NCBI GenBank assembly: GCA_000175855.1
Contig: ACYB01000038.1
Location: 1 to 32,000 of the forward strand
Reading direction: 5' to 3'
Source: Raphidiopsis brookii D9
GTDB taxonomy: Bacteria; Cyanobacteriota; Cyanobacteriia; Cyanobacteriales; Nostocaceae
DNA length: 32,000 bases
Shown here: piece after piece, positions 8,503 through 18,334 of the stretch
How the letters are laid out: every line of letters begins with the position of its first letter
Numbering within the stretch: position 1 is the first letter of the stretch
The notes under the pieces: model-generated
Told to the model about the DNA's origin: nothing
Seen by the model: the letters and a program-made list of their open reading frames with translations, nothing else
Databases searched by the model: none
Program-made: the position numbers and the translations under genes

Positions 8503-9684
8503 ATGCTGCTTGCGGAGATGGAACAAGTTTTATTAGGTTTGATGGTTTTATCCTTAGGGACTTGGTTGTTTTTGTTTTTATTTTGGGGGCAGTTTTGGCG
8601 GGTAGATCAACTATTAAAGCCTACAACCCCTACAACAAACAACTTTACATCTTTACCCAAAATTTGTATAATAATTCCAGCACGTAACGAGGCAGATTTT
8701 GTAGCCATAACCATAAAATCACTTTTGTTACAAGACTATCCAGGAGAGGTGAATATATTTCTAGTGGATGACCAAAGTAGGGATGGTACGGCCGATTTTG
8801 CCGAGGAAGCAGCTTATGCAGTTGGTCGGGTTAACCAACTAGAAGTTTTGACTGGTGGGGATTTACCCACAGGTTGGACTGGCAAAATTTGGGCAATGGA
8901 ACAGGGTGTGCAAAAAGCTCTGGAATTAAACCCAGATTATTTTTTGTTTACCGATGCGGATATAGAACATCATACAAGAAATTTAGGTCAATTAGTCCAC
9001 AAAGCAGAAACAGAAGGTTTAGATCTAGTATCTATAATGGTCAAGCTCCGATGTGAAAGTTTTTGGGAAAACCTATTAATACCTGCTTTTGTCTTCTTCT
9101 TTCAAAAACTCTATCCCTTTGCTTGGGTCAATAACCCCAAGAAATCTATAGCTGCAGCAGCTGGTGGATGCGTTTTAATTCGTAGACAAACCCTAAGGAA
9201 AATTGGGGGACTAAAAACAATTAGTCACGCTTTAATTGATGATTGTTCTTTAGCCAAGGCTGTGAAATCCCAGGGAGGAAGAATTTGGTTAGGACTAAGT
9301 TCCCTAACTGTCAGTTTACGTCCCTATAATTCCTTAGGAACCATTTGGAACATGGTAGCTCGCAGCGCCTACACCCAGCTAAGTTACTCTCCCTTACTAT
9401 TAATGGGTAGTGTGTTGGGTATGGTGATAGTTTATATCTTACCTGTGGTGGGAATCATTATCGGTTTGGCTATAAATAACGTGCTGATCTCTCTCCTGGG
9501 TCTAATCACTTGGCTATTAATGAGTTTTGCTTACTTACCTATCATTAAGTTTTACCAATGTGCTCTCTGGTTTGCTGGTTGTTTACCCCTAATTGCCCTG
9601 CTTTATACCTTAATGACCGTAGATTCAGCTTATCGTCATTGGCAAGGTAAAGGTGGTAGCTGGAAAGAAAGGGTTTATTTGTGA
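8503..9684 (+). CDS. hpnB: Family 2 glycosyltransferase, HpnB-like (hopene-associated)
   Basis: IIIPARNEADFVAITIKSLLLQDYPGEVNIFLVDDQSRDGTADFAE, GDLPTGWTGKIWAMEQG, FTDADIEH. Divergently adjacent to shc. The true start may be the second Met. Confidence 0.85.
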   Translation: MLLAEMEQVLLGLMVLSLGTWLFLFLFWGQFWRVDQLLKPTTPTTNNFTSLPKICIIIPARNEADFVAITIKSLLLQDYPGEVNIFLVDDQSRDGTADFAEEAAYAVGRVNQLEVLTGGDLPTGWTGKIWAMEQGVQKALELNPDYFLFTDADIEHHTRNLGQLVHKAETEGLDLVSIMVKLRCESFWENLLIPAFVFFFQKLYPFAWVNNPKKSIAAAAGGCVLIRRQTLRKIGGLKTISHALIDDCSLAKAVKSQGGRIWLGLSSLTVSLRPYNSLGTIWNMVARSAYTQLSYSPLLLMGSVLGMVIVYILPVVGIIIGLAINNVLISLLGLITWLLMSFAYLPIIKFYQCALWFAGCLPLIALLYTLMTVDSAYRHWQGKGGSWKERVYL

Positions 9685-9799
9685 TATTTATTGGTAATTG
9701 TCCTAATTGTCGGGATTTGGGCAAAAATCAACGATTATTATGTTATGGGTTTATGGGTGCCCATCGTCTATTACTCAATCCGGTTTCATTGAAGTTTTC

Positions 9800-11374
9800 A
9801 TGAGAATATTTTTGTGGCGTTCCGCATGCAATATACTAGTCACCCTTTCCCTATTGGGACTAACGGGAGCTTCTGATCCTATCAGTGGTCAAGATAGGGA
9901 ACTGAAAATTGGCATCGTCCAACGATTTGCTTCGGTCAAGACCGATAAATTAGAACTCAAAGCCACTCGCGATGACTATTTAAGGCTAAAATGGCAGACA
10001 AATGACGGACAAAAAACTGTGATTTCTACTGCTAACACTGTTGAGCTAATTCCAATCATGGAAACTCTCAGACAACCCCAAGTGTGGGAAGTATTGGTGT
10101 TGGGAGATTATCGAACTTTTGAAGCAGCAGAAGACAGTGCCAAAAACTGGCGTTCTCAGGGTCTGGAGGTGGAAATAGCCCAGCCAGAACGTTGGCAAGT
10201 TTGGGCAAAACGGGATGTCTACACTACTCCTTTACTTAGACGGCTATTATTAACAAGTATCCACAGGTCAGGTCAAAAAATACCTTATTTAAATACACAA
10301 GTTATTAAACAAGTAGCTAGGGTAACTTGGGAAGTTAATGGTCGCCAATATACCAGTAGTTATCTGGAAATAACTAGTCGTAAGGGAAAGATTTGGATTA
10401 ATAATACCCAAAACCCGGTAATAAAAACTTTTCCTGGTAGTTTGTATTTACAACCTAATGCTTATGGTAGCTACTCTTTGGTAAATCTCGTGGGTCTAGA
10501 AACCTATTTACGAGGAGTTTTACCCTATGAAATCGGCACAAAAGCACCCGAAGCAGCTCTTGAAGCTCAAGCAATTATCGCTCGTACTTATGCTCTCCGA
10601 AATATACATAGATTTGCTGTGGATAACTATCAGCTATGCGCGGATACACACTGTCAGGTATATGATGGATTGAATGGCGCAAGTAAAAAAACCGATCAGG
10701 CGATCGCCAGTACCAGAGGTCAAGTATTAACTTATAATAATGAGCTAGTGGATGCTCTATATTCTTCCACTACGGGAGGTGTAACAGCTTATTTTAGTGA
10801 TGTTTGGAATGGGGAAGATCGTCCTTATTTACGTCCTGTGGTAGATGCGCCTAAAAATATTTGGAACATATCCGAGAAAAGTTTAGCTGATGAAGAGAAT
10901 TTTCGTCAGTTTATTGGTTTAGAACAAGGATTTAACGAAAGTAAATGGGATGTATTTCGTTGGTATAGAGAAACAAATTTAGAGGATATTACTAAAGACT
11001 TACAAAAGTTTCTCAAAGCGAAAAATAGTCAATATGCCAATTTTAAGACTATTGAGGCCATGTCCATTACTCAAAGGAGCCACAGTGGCAGAATTTTATC
11101 ATTAGCTGTCAAAACGGATATTGGAGTTTTGAATTTACACAAAGATGAAGTTCGTAGCGCTTTTGCCGCTCCCGTAAGTACACTGTTTTACTTGCAACCA
11201 ATCAATAAAGGAAAGTCTCAGGTATGGGGATATGCTTTTATTGGTGGGGGGTTAGGACATGGGGTAGGTTTAAGTCAAACAGGGTCTCAAAATTTAGCTC
11301 AGTTAGGTTGGTCAAGTGCCAAAATTCTTACCTTTTATTACCCGGGTACAAAAATTGAAATTTTCCGTAGGTAA
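9800..11374 (+). CDS. SpoIID/LytB domain-containing protein (longer paralogue)
   Basis: ETYLRGVLPYEIGTKAPEAALEAQAIIARTYALRN, GQVLTYNNELVDALYSSTTGGVTAYFSDVWNGEDRPYLRPV, GGLGHGVGLSQTGSQNLAQLGW. The ORF opens at 9707, but ATG 9800 precedes a signal-peptide-like stretch (MRIFLWRSACNILVTLSLLGLTG). Confidence 0.88.
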   Translation: MRIFLWRSACNILVTLSLLGLTGASDPISGQDRELKIGIVQRFASVKTDKLELKATRDDYLRLKWQTNDGQKTVISTANTVELIPIMETLRQPQVWEVLVLGDYRTFEAAEDSAKNWRSQGLEVEIAQPERWQVWAKRDVYTTPLLRRLLLTSIHRSGQKIPYLNTQVIKQVARVTWEVNGRQYTSSYLEITSRKGKIWINNTQNPVIKTFPGSLYLQPNAYGSYSLVNLVGLETYLRGVLPYEIGTKAPEAALEAQAIIARTYALRNIHRFAVDNYQLCADTHCQVYDGLNGASKKTDQAIASTRGQVLTYNNELVDALYSSTTGGVTAYFSDVWNGEDRPYLRPVVDAPKNIWNISEKSLADEENFRQFIGLEQGFNESKWDVFRWYRETNLEDITKDLQKFLKAKNSQYANFKTIEAMSITQRSHSGRILSLAVKTDIGVLNLHKDEVRSAFAAPVSTLFYLQPINKGKSQVWGYAFIGGGLGHGVGLSQTGSQNLAQLGWSSAKILTFYYPGTKIEIFRR

Positions 11375-11467
11375 GGATGGACCGATATAGACCAGGACAA
11401 TAACACCGCCATACTCTTATAGTCTCATAATTGTAGGGCGGCATTTGATTGGGATAGGGGGTAACTT

Positions 11468-11770
<303 letters not shown>

Positions 11771-12039
11771 TTATTCCTCTTTTGTGATCGGGAGTGTGAA
11801 CTACAGGTCAATAAAACCAATGGGTAGGTTGTCTTTTGAGAACAACCATCGGTTTTTATTTGCCTCAATTTCTGATACTAGGGGAAAAGTTAAATCTTGT
11901 AACGAAAAATCCACCACGATTAGTAATGAAGTTCAGTTCCCCACAAATGATAAGTTTTAGTTATGTAATTGAGTGTGGCACAATTCCCTGGTGGAAGGAT
12001 GAAGGCCAACTATACAACTCTAGACTGGGGAGGTTTTTT

Positions 12040-12693
12040 ATGTCTTCCACGGATTTTACACCCGAATTGCGGATTTTAATGGGCAAAGCTGGCATTTCCA
12101 GTTTTAAGGATCTTGGTCGTGCTGCTGGTATCTCAGAAAGGCAAATATTACGTCTACGGCGCGGTTCCGTATCAGGGATGAAATTAAACGTGTTACAGAA
12201 TTTATCTGCTATTTTAGGAGTTTCCTTGAATCAACTGGTGGAGACTTTCTCCGATCCTCTTAATCAAATGGAGACTAAACAACTAGATTCTGACTTGACA
12301 CGCCAACAAGTAATTCAAATACAACAAGAATACGAGCGATCGCTAGTCAAGTTAGAACAGCAGCGGGAAGTTTTGGAAAAAGAGTTTCAGCAAAACACAT
12401 TACAAGTTATAGAGTCTTTATTATTGTTTTTTCCTACTGCTGCACACAAGGTCAGGGCAAACCCCCAACTGGAAGCAATAAAAATATTACCCCTAGTGGA
12501 AAAACCATTGGAAAAACTCTTATCTACCTGGGGAATACAGGCGATCGCATCTGTAGGAGCAGAAGTAGCCTACGATCCTCAATATCAGGAATTGTTGCAG
12601 GGGACTGCTGAAATAGGTGAACCTGTGAAAGTAGTTTATGTTGGGTATAGACAGGAGGAGAAACTACTTTATCGAGCTAAAGTCAGTAGATAA
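12040..12693 (+). CDS. HTH (XRE-like) protein with a C-terminal GrpE-like region
   Basis: MSSTDFTPELRILMGKAGISSFKDLGRAAGISERQILRLRRGSVSGMKLNVLQNLSAILGVSLNQLVE, then a coiled coil, then EKLLSTWGIQAIASVGAEVAYDPQYQELLQ. Start chosen at ATG 12040 within the ORF opening at 11836. Confidence 0.65.
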   Translation: MSSTDFTPELRILMGKAGISSFKDLGRAAGISERQILRLRRGSVSGMKLNVLQNLSAILGVSLNQLVETFSDPLNQMETKQLDSDLTRQQVIQIQQEYERSLVKLEQQREVLEKEFQQNTLQVIESLLLFFPTAAHKVRANPQLEAIKILPLVEKPLEKLLSTWGIQAIASVGAEVAYDPQYQELLQGTAEIGEPVKVVYVGYRQEEKLLYRAKVSR

Positions 12694-12752
12694 TGTGTAG
12701 AGCGTAAAAAGTCTTTTGGTGGGAGTTGACATGGTGAGTGTTTATTTTTAGT

Positions 12753-13055
12753 ATGGAATTAGATGGTAAACCTAAACACCGCATCACCCTGTTATTTATG
12801 CCTCCTCGTTGGCCACGTAAACCTGACCGTAAAGACCCAGAATTCCGCAAGTTAGATGATCGGATGAATTTTGCATTTCACATAGCTGTTGCTGCGACCA
12901 TTAATTCTGGTCTGTGGTTTTTCCATTTTCTCAAATCCACGTCTTGGGAATGGTTAACCCCACTAACCCTGCTGTGGGTGGGGGTTATATTCTTGCACTT
13001 GCTCTATATTACATTGATTGCTAATTACGAGGAAGGACAGGAAGTAAAGGATTAA
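12753..13055 (+). CDS. Conserved hypothetical, 2TM-type membrane protein
   Basis: MELDGKPKHRITLLFMPPRWPRKPDRKDPEFRKLDDRMNFAFHIAVAATINSGLWFFH... with two hydrophobic segments. The ORF opens at 12738. Confidence 0.65.
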   Translation: MELDGKPKHRITLLFMPPRWPRKPDRKDPEFRKLDDRMNFAFHIAVAATINSGLWFFHFLKSTSWEWLTPLTLLWVGVIFLHLLYITLIANYEEGQEVKD

Positions 13056-13073
13056 GTATGGGAAATCCAAACT

Positions 13074-13382
13074 ATGGACAAAATTAATAGTGCTGAGTTG
13101 TTAGAATCTCTAGCATCGGAAATAGGTGATAATGTTTACATGGATATAGCAAAGTGGCATTTGTATCTAACTGATGCCAAGCTCCATCATCTTTTAGCAG
13201 AAGGATGCTATTCCTTGCTGATTGATCACAGTATTACAGAGGAACGAGTTTTAGGATTGTTATCAACTATCAAGATCCAAATCGGTGGTGGTCGAAAGGA
13301 AGTTCCTTTAATTGACCTGTTACCTCTCCAGTGTCAAGTTCATTTGGTTGATATATTAGAAAAATATCAACAAGAATTTTAG
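13074..13382 (+). CDS. DUF3181-like conserved cyanobacterial protein
   Basis: ELLESLASEIGDNVYMDIAKWHLYLTDAKLHHLLAEGCYSLL...IQIGGGRKEVPLIDLLPLQCQVHLVDILEKYQ. Confidence 0.75.
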   Translation: MDKINSAELLESLASEIGDNVYMDIAKWHLYLTDAKLHHLLAEGCYSLLIDHSITEERVLGLLSTIKIQIGGGRKEVPLIDLLPLQCQVHLVDILEKYQQEF

Positions 13383-13486
13383 AGAACGTTTAATCAACAT
13401 TGATGCAATTTACTGGGAGTGCTTGTGTTTCAACAGCTAAACTAGGATAAACAACAAATATAACTTTTCTATAAGGAGAGTTTAAT

Positions 13487-13706
13487 ATGTTTTTACAAGT
13501 CAAAGGTAAAGTAGACCTAGTTAAGATTGTTGATTTTCAGGAACTACTGGATCCCAACAGTAGGATAGTCCATGGAAAAGACCAAGAGGGAGAGGAAGAG
13601 CAGGACATGGATATCTATGAAAAACAGGATTTTGGTTTTTCCCTCGGGGGAAGAATTGCCCAGATGTTGGCGGGATCCTAATTATCGGAGTTTGACACCC
13701 AGATAG
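13487..13706 (+). pseudogene. Small conserved cyanobacterial protein with an apparent 1-nt homopolymer frameshift (annotated ORF ends at 13681)
   Basis: The ORF reads ...YEKQDFGFSLGGRIAQMLAGS*. Removing one T from the TTTTT run at 13636-13640 gives ...YEKQDFGFPSGEELPRCWRDPNYRSLTPR* ending at 13706. RBS AAGGAG lies just upstream. Confidence 0.65.
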
Positions 13707-13761
13707 TCCTGAATGGTTCCCCGTTTTTAAAAACATATCGGGATCCAATCCAAATTGTGAA

Positions 13762-14823
13762 CTACAAAGCAGCTAATTCAAATTCTATTCTGGATGATTG
13801 CAAATCTCGACCAATGAAAACTAGTCGGGTTTGTTTTTCTTCCTTCGGTTTCCAGGGGCGATCGTAAAACTTGTCAAATCGTGTGCCTACTCCCTGAATG
13901 ACCAATCGCATGGGTTTATTAGGAACAGCAACAAATCCTTTGATTCTATAAATTTCCTGTTTTTTTGCCAGTTTTTGCAGTGTGTCCTGCAATTTTTCCG
14001 GGTCAAAACTGCGATTAAAAATTAGATGGGTCGAGTTAATTTCATCATCATGGTCATGGTCTTCCTCCATGTCATGATGACTAGGACGCTGATCTAAATT
14101 ATCTTCAACCGCTGCTTGGTATCCTAATAATATGGACGGGTCAAGTTTACCATGATCGCTGGCAACAATTTTCACTTCCCTGGGTAATTCCTGGGTAACC
14201 AATTCTAAAACCTGAGACTTCTCTTGTTCATCCACCAAATCTGTTTTATTCAAAATCACTAAATCAGCACAAGCTAATTGATCTGCGAATAGTTCTTGTA
14301 ATGGCGTTTCATGTTCTAGACTGTCGTCTTTTTCTCTTTGATGTGCGATCGCCTGTAAATCGCTAGCGAAGGTGCCAGCTGCGACTGCTGCACAGTCTAC
14401 GACTGTAATGACAGCATCCACCGTAGCAGCGCTACGAATTTCTTGCCAACGAAAAGCCTTCACTAAAGGTTTAGGTAGTGCTAAACCGGATGTTTCAATG
14501 ACAATACAATCAATAGTATCACGGCGTTTAATTAGCTCCTGCATAGTAGGGTAAAACTCTTCTTGTACGGTGCAACATAAACAACCATTTGTCAATTCAA
14601 ATATGTTAGTATTTTCCTGATTTTGGGGATTGGTTGAATTTTCATCCTCTGGACAAACTTGGCAAGATTTTAATATTTCTCCATCTATTCCTAATTCACC
14701 AAATTCGTTTACCAGTACTGCTATGCGTCGTCCTTGGTTGTTTTGTAGCAAGTGACGAATCAAGCTAGTTTTACCACTCCCTAAAAATCCGGTGATCACT
14801 GTTACGGGTATTTTTGCGGACAT
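13762..14823 (-). CDS. cobW: CobW-family (COG0523) GTP-binding protein
   Basis: VTGFLGSGKTSLIRHLL (Walker A), NGCLCCTVQEEF (GCxCC metal site), LNKTDLVD, and the His/Asp-rich insert HHDMEEDHDHDD. Confidence 0.92.
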   Translation of the reverse strand: MSAKIPVTVITGFLGSGKTSLIRHLLQNNQGRRIAVLVNEFGELGIDGEILKSCQVCPEDENSTNPQNQENTNIFELTNGCLCCTVQEEFYPTMQELIKRRDTIDCIVIETSGLALPKPLVKAFRWQEIRSAATVDAVITVVDCAAVAAGTFASDLQAIAHQREKDDSLEHETPLQELFADQLACADLVILNKTDLVDEQEKSQVLELVTQELPREVKIVASDHGKLDPSILLGYQAAVEDNLDQRPSHHDMEEDHDHDDEINSTHLIFNRSFDPEKLQDTLQKLAKKQEIYRIKGFVAVPNKPMRLVIQGVGTRFDKFYDRPWKPKEEKQTRLVFIGRDLQSSRIEFELAAL

Positions 14824-14953
14824 GTTTACTGAGTTATTTTTCTACCTATTGATTTTAGCAAAAAATTGACCTAAACTAAAATTTCAGGTATGAACGTCAA
14901 CTTTTTCCAGAATAGGCTTTAATTATACTAGTTGAGTAAACTAGTAGATCTTT

Positions 14954-15955
14954 ATGTACAATTATGAACTGTCCACTGAAAAAAGTATAGGGGTAGGTCT
15001 GATTGGCACTGGATATGCAGCCAAGCACAGAGCTCAAGCATTCAAACAGGATGAGCGTACGAATTTGATAGCTATTGCGGGACACTCTCCTGAACCCATA
15101 GCTGCTTTGGCAAAAAGCTACGAAACCCAAGTAAGCAATTCCTGGGAGGAATTGGTAGAAAGAGAAGATGTGGATTTAATAGTTATTTCTACAATCAACT
15201 CAGATCATGGTAAAATGGCCCGTGCGGCACTGAATAATAACAAACATTTGGTTGTTGAGTATCCTTTGTCGTTAAATCTTAAAGAGGCGGAGGAATTAAT
15301 TGCTTTAGCAAAGGATAAAAAAAGACTGCTCCATGTAGAGCACATTGAACTTCTGGGTGGTTGGCATCAGGTACTCAAGGAAAACTTACCCATGCTGGGA
15401 CAGTTGTTTTATGTTCGTTACAGCACTATGAAAGCGGAATATCCAGCTCGGAGAAAATGGACTTATAATCATCAATTGTTTGGATTTCCTCTCATGGGCG
15501 CATTATCGCGATTACATCGTCTCATTGATGTATTTGGTCGGGTAGTAACAGTGAATTGTCATCAGCGATATTGGGAAACAGAGGAGGAATATTATCAAGG
15601 TTGTCTTTGTACAACCCAATTATGTTTTGCTGATGGTTTGTTAGCCCAGGTTATTTATGGCAAAGGTGAAACTATATGGCAATCGGAACGTAAATTAGAA
15701 GTCAGTGCTGAAAACGGGGGTTTAATTCTGGATGGCGATAAGGGAATTTTTATAGGATCGGAAGACACAAGGTCAATAGAAATTGCTAATCGTCAGGGAT
15801 TATTTGCTAGAGATACTAAAATAGTTTTAGATCATATTTTTCATGGTTCCCCTTTATATGTAACTGCAGAACAAAGTTTATATACTTTAAAGATTGCAGA
15901 TGCAGCTTGTAGAGCAGCTGAGACCGGATTAACAATATTTTTGGGTCAAGATTAG
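14954..15955 (+). CDS. bvdR: Gfo/Idh/MocA family oxidoreductase, likely BvdR-type biliverdin reductase
   Basis: VGLIGTGYAAKHRAQAFKQD Rossmann motif, NKHLVVEYPLSLN, LLHVEHIELLGGWHQVL, YSTMKAEYPARRKWTYNHQLFGFPLMGALSRLHRLIDVFG. These resemble the cyanobacterial BvdR pattern from memory. Confidence 0.75.
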   Translation: MYNYELSTEKSIGVGLIGTGYAAKHRAQAFKQDERTNLIAIAGHSPEPIAALAKSYETQVSNSWEELVEREDVDLIVISTINSDHGKMARAALNNNKHLVVEYPLSLNLKEAEELIALAKDKKRLLHVEHIELLGGWHQVLKENLPMLGQLFYVRYSTMKAEYPARRKWTYNHQLFGFPLMGALSRLHRLIDVFGRVVTVNCHQRYWETEEEYYQGCLCTTQLCFADGLLAQVIYGKGETIWQSERKLEVSAENGGLILDGDKGIFIGSEDTRSIEIANRQGLFARDTKIVLDHIFHGSPLYVTAEQSLYTLKIADAACRAAETGLTIFLGQD

Positions 15956-15968
15956 TCAAGATTATTAG

Positions 15969-16730
15969 ATGAACACCAAACAAATTATTCTTTTGTCTGC
16001 GCGAGAAATAGAAAAAATGCGCCGTGCTGGAAGTTTAGCAGCTCAGCTATTACAACACCTGGAACCATTGGTTAAACCCGGTGTAACCACTCAAGAACTG
16101 AATGATGAAGCGGAAGCATGGACACAAGCTCATGGGGCCAAGAGCGCACCCTTGGGTTATATGGGCTTTCCTAAATCAATTTGTACTAGTTTAAATGAAG
16201 TAATTTGTCATGGAATTCCCACTTCACAACGGGTTCTCAAGAAAGGTGATATTATTAATATCGATGTAACACCTGTATTAGATGGTTATCATGGGGATAC
16301 ATCTAAAACCTTTATTGTAGGTGAAGCTAGGCCCATAGCCAAAAAATTGGTAGAAGTGACACAGAAGTGTTTATACTTGGGTATTGCAGAAATTAGACCT
16401 GGTGGGAGAATTGGTGACATTGGTGCTGCTATTCAAGAGCATGCGGAGAGTCATGGGTTTTCGGTGGTGCGGGATTTTGTGGGTCATGGAATTAATAAGA
16501 TTTTTCATACTGCACCAGATATTCCTCATTTTGGGACTAGGGGGACTGGTAGATTATTAAGACCGGGTATGGTCTTTACCATTGAACCAATGATTAATGA
16601 GGGTTCCTATGAGTTTGAGATGTCAGCTGATGGGTGGACTGCTATTACAAAGGATAGGAAACTTTCTGCTCAGTTTGAGCACACTATAGCGGTAACGGAA
16701 AATGGGGTGGAGATTCTTACCTTACCATAG
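15969..16730 (+). CDS. map: Methionine aminopeptidase, type I
   Basis: GYMGFPKSICTSLNEVICHGIP, GDIINIDVTPVLDGYHGDTSKTF, VGHGINKIFHTAPDIPHFG, GMVFTIEPMINEG, EHTIAVTENGVEILT. Confidence 0.96.
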   Translation: MNTKQIILLSAREIEKMRRAGSLAAQLLQHLEPLVKPGVTTQELNDEAEAWTQAHGAKSAPLGYMGFPKSICTSLNEVICHGIPTSQRVLKKGDIINIDVTPVLDGYHGDTSKTFIVGEARPIAKKLVEVTQKCLYLGIAEIRPGGRIGDIGAAIQEHAESHGFSVVRDFVGHGINKIFHTAPDIPHFGTRGTGRLLRPGMVFTIEPMINEGSYEFEMSADGWTAITKDRKLSAQFEHTIAVTENGVEILTLP

Positions 16731-16805
16731 GAATTAGTTGGTTATTAAAAGGACAGAATTGAATCAAATCAGTAATTTTATTACACCTAATTTAGCATAA
16801 CAAAA

Positions 16806-18230
16806 ATGTTAAACCTAATTAATCGCTTAAAAAACAACAAACCTCTGTTATTTGCAATATACGGTACTAGTGGCTGTTTAACAGCAGCAATTTTACTTGG
16901 GGAACCATTTTTAGCTCTAACCAAACTTGGGAAAAGTTCTACAATCAAACCCCAAGCAATAGTTTTATTAATCGACACATCTTCAAGTATGAGTGATGGT
17001 AAACTAGCAGAAGTAAAAACCGCAGCCAGTCAGTTTATACAACGTCGTAACTTGGAATCAGATCAAATAGCAGTAGTCAATTTTGGAGCAACTGTGCAAA
17101 CCCCTGCTCCATTAACTAACGACATTAATACCCTAAATAATGCCATTGATCAACTATTAGAAATTGGCTCAACACCTATGGGAGAAGGTATTAACACCGC
17201 CCAAGATCAATTGCAAGCAACAACATTAAATAAAAATATCATTTTATTTACCGATGGACTGCCAGATGATCCTAATTTTGCCTACAACTCAGCCCTGTCT
17301 GTGAGAAATGCAGGAATTAAACTAATTGCTGTAGCTACCGGAGGTGCAGACACTAACTATTTAACCCAGATCACAGGCGATCGCTCCCTAGTGTTTTATG
17401 CTAATTCTGGTCAATTTGACCAAGCATTTAGCCAAGCAGAAGCGGTAATTTATAAACAGTTGATTGAATCCAACACTGGTGAAAACTATGGTTTTGGCTA
17501 TTCCATATTCCGCATTGGTGGTTGGACAGCATTTTTGGCTTTGGGAATATCCCTGGCATTAATTATGGGACAAAATCGCTATATGCGACTACCTTTATTA
17601 ACTTTAAAAAAGGGCATTGTTACTACTATCGGTAGTCTCACAGCGGGAACTGTAGCAGGTGCATCTGGACAATTACTAATTTTAGCTTTATCACCTCTTT
17701 CTAGTACGGTATTTTTAGGAGTACTTGGTTTGGAGGTAATTGCTAAAATTGGCGGTTGGGTAATTTTAGGAGCTGTAGTGGGAGCTGGAACCAAATTTTT
17801 TTTGTCCCCAATTTTAACCTTGAAAAATTCTCTACTGGGAGGAACTGTTGGTGGTGGAATTGGCGCTAGTGGATTTTTGGTGACATCAAGTCTCCTTGGT
17901 GATATTGTAGGACGTCTATCTGGTGTATCTATACTAGGATTCTTTATCGGTTTAATGATTGCTTTAATTGAACGAAAGCAGTTAAACTCAGAACCTTATC
18001 TGTTAGTACATTGGACCCCCACGGAGCAGACCAACTATTTACTGGGTAAAAAGCCGATTTCTATGGGCACTGCACTAAATGTGGAAATTCCTCTAAATGC
18101 TGTGGATGGATTTACACCCCTGACTGCTAGAATATTTAAGGAAGGTGGTGACATTATTATGCAATTTGACCAGGAATATGCTATGATACAAAAAAATGAA
18201 AGTTACCAGTCAGACTTTAAAAGTCGGTGA
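16806..18230 (+). CDS. Membrane-anchored von Willebrand factor A domain protein with a possible FHA-like C-terminus
   Basis: VLLIDTSSSMSDGK (MIDAS), ILFTDGLPDDP; long Gly-rich hydrophobic segments (GAVVGAGTKFFLSPILTLKNSLLGGTVGGGIGASGFLVTSSLLGDIVG); C-terminus YLLGKKPISMGTALNVEIPLNAVDGFTPLTARIFKEGGDIIMQF. Confidence 0.88.
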   Translation: MLNLINRLKNNKPLLFAIYGTSGCLTAAILLGEPFLALTKLGKSSTIKPQAIVLLIDTSSSMSDGKLAEVKTAASQFIQRRNLESDQIAVVNFGATVQTPAPLTNDINTLNNAIDQLLEIGSTPMGEGINTAQDQLQATTLNKNIILFTDGLPDDPNFAYNSALSVRNAGIKLIAVATGGADTNYLTQITGDRSLVFYANSGQFDQAFSQAEAVIYKQLIESNTGENYGFGYSIFRIGGWTAFLALGISLALIMGQNRYMRLPLLTLKKGIVTTIGSLTAGTVAGASGQLLILALSPLSSTVFLGVLGLEVIAKIGGWVILGAVVGAGTKFFLSPILTLKNSLLGGTVGGGIGASGFLVTSSLLGDIVGRLSGVSILGFFIGLMIALIERKQLNSEPYLLVHWTPTEQTNYLLGKKPISMGTALNVEIPLNAVDGFTPLTARIFKEGGDIIMQFDQEYAMIQKNESYQSDFKSR

Positions 18231-18334
18231 TGTCCGTAAATTGGGAAAGATTACTATAGAAGTTAAGGATAAAACCTAATTGCGCTGTCTAAAATCTCTT
18301 TCCCTAGATTTTTTCAATTGGCGAATAACATTAA

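Noticed and set aside
13831-14554. Plus-strand ORFs inside the CobW gene (13831-14025, 14372-14554)
   Set aside because: Antisense shadows of a conserved coding sequence.
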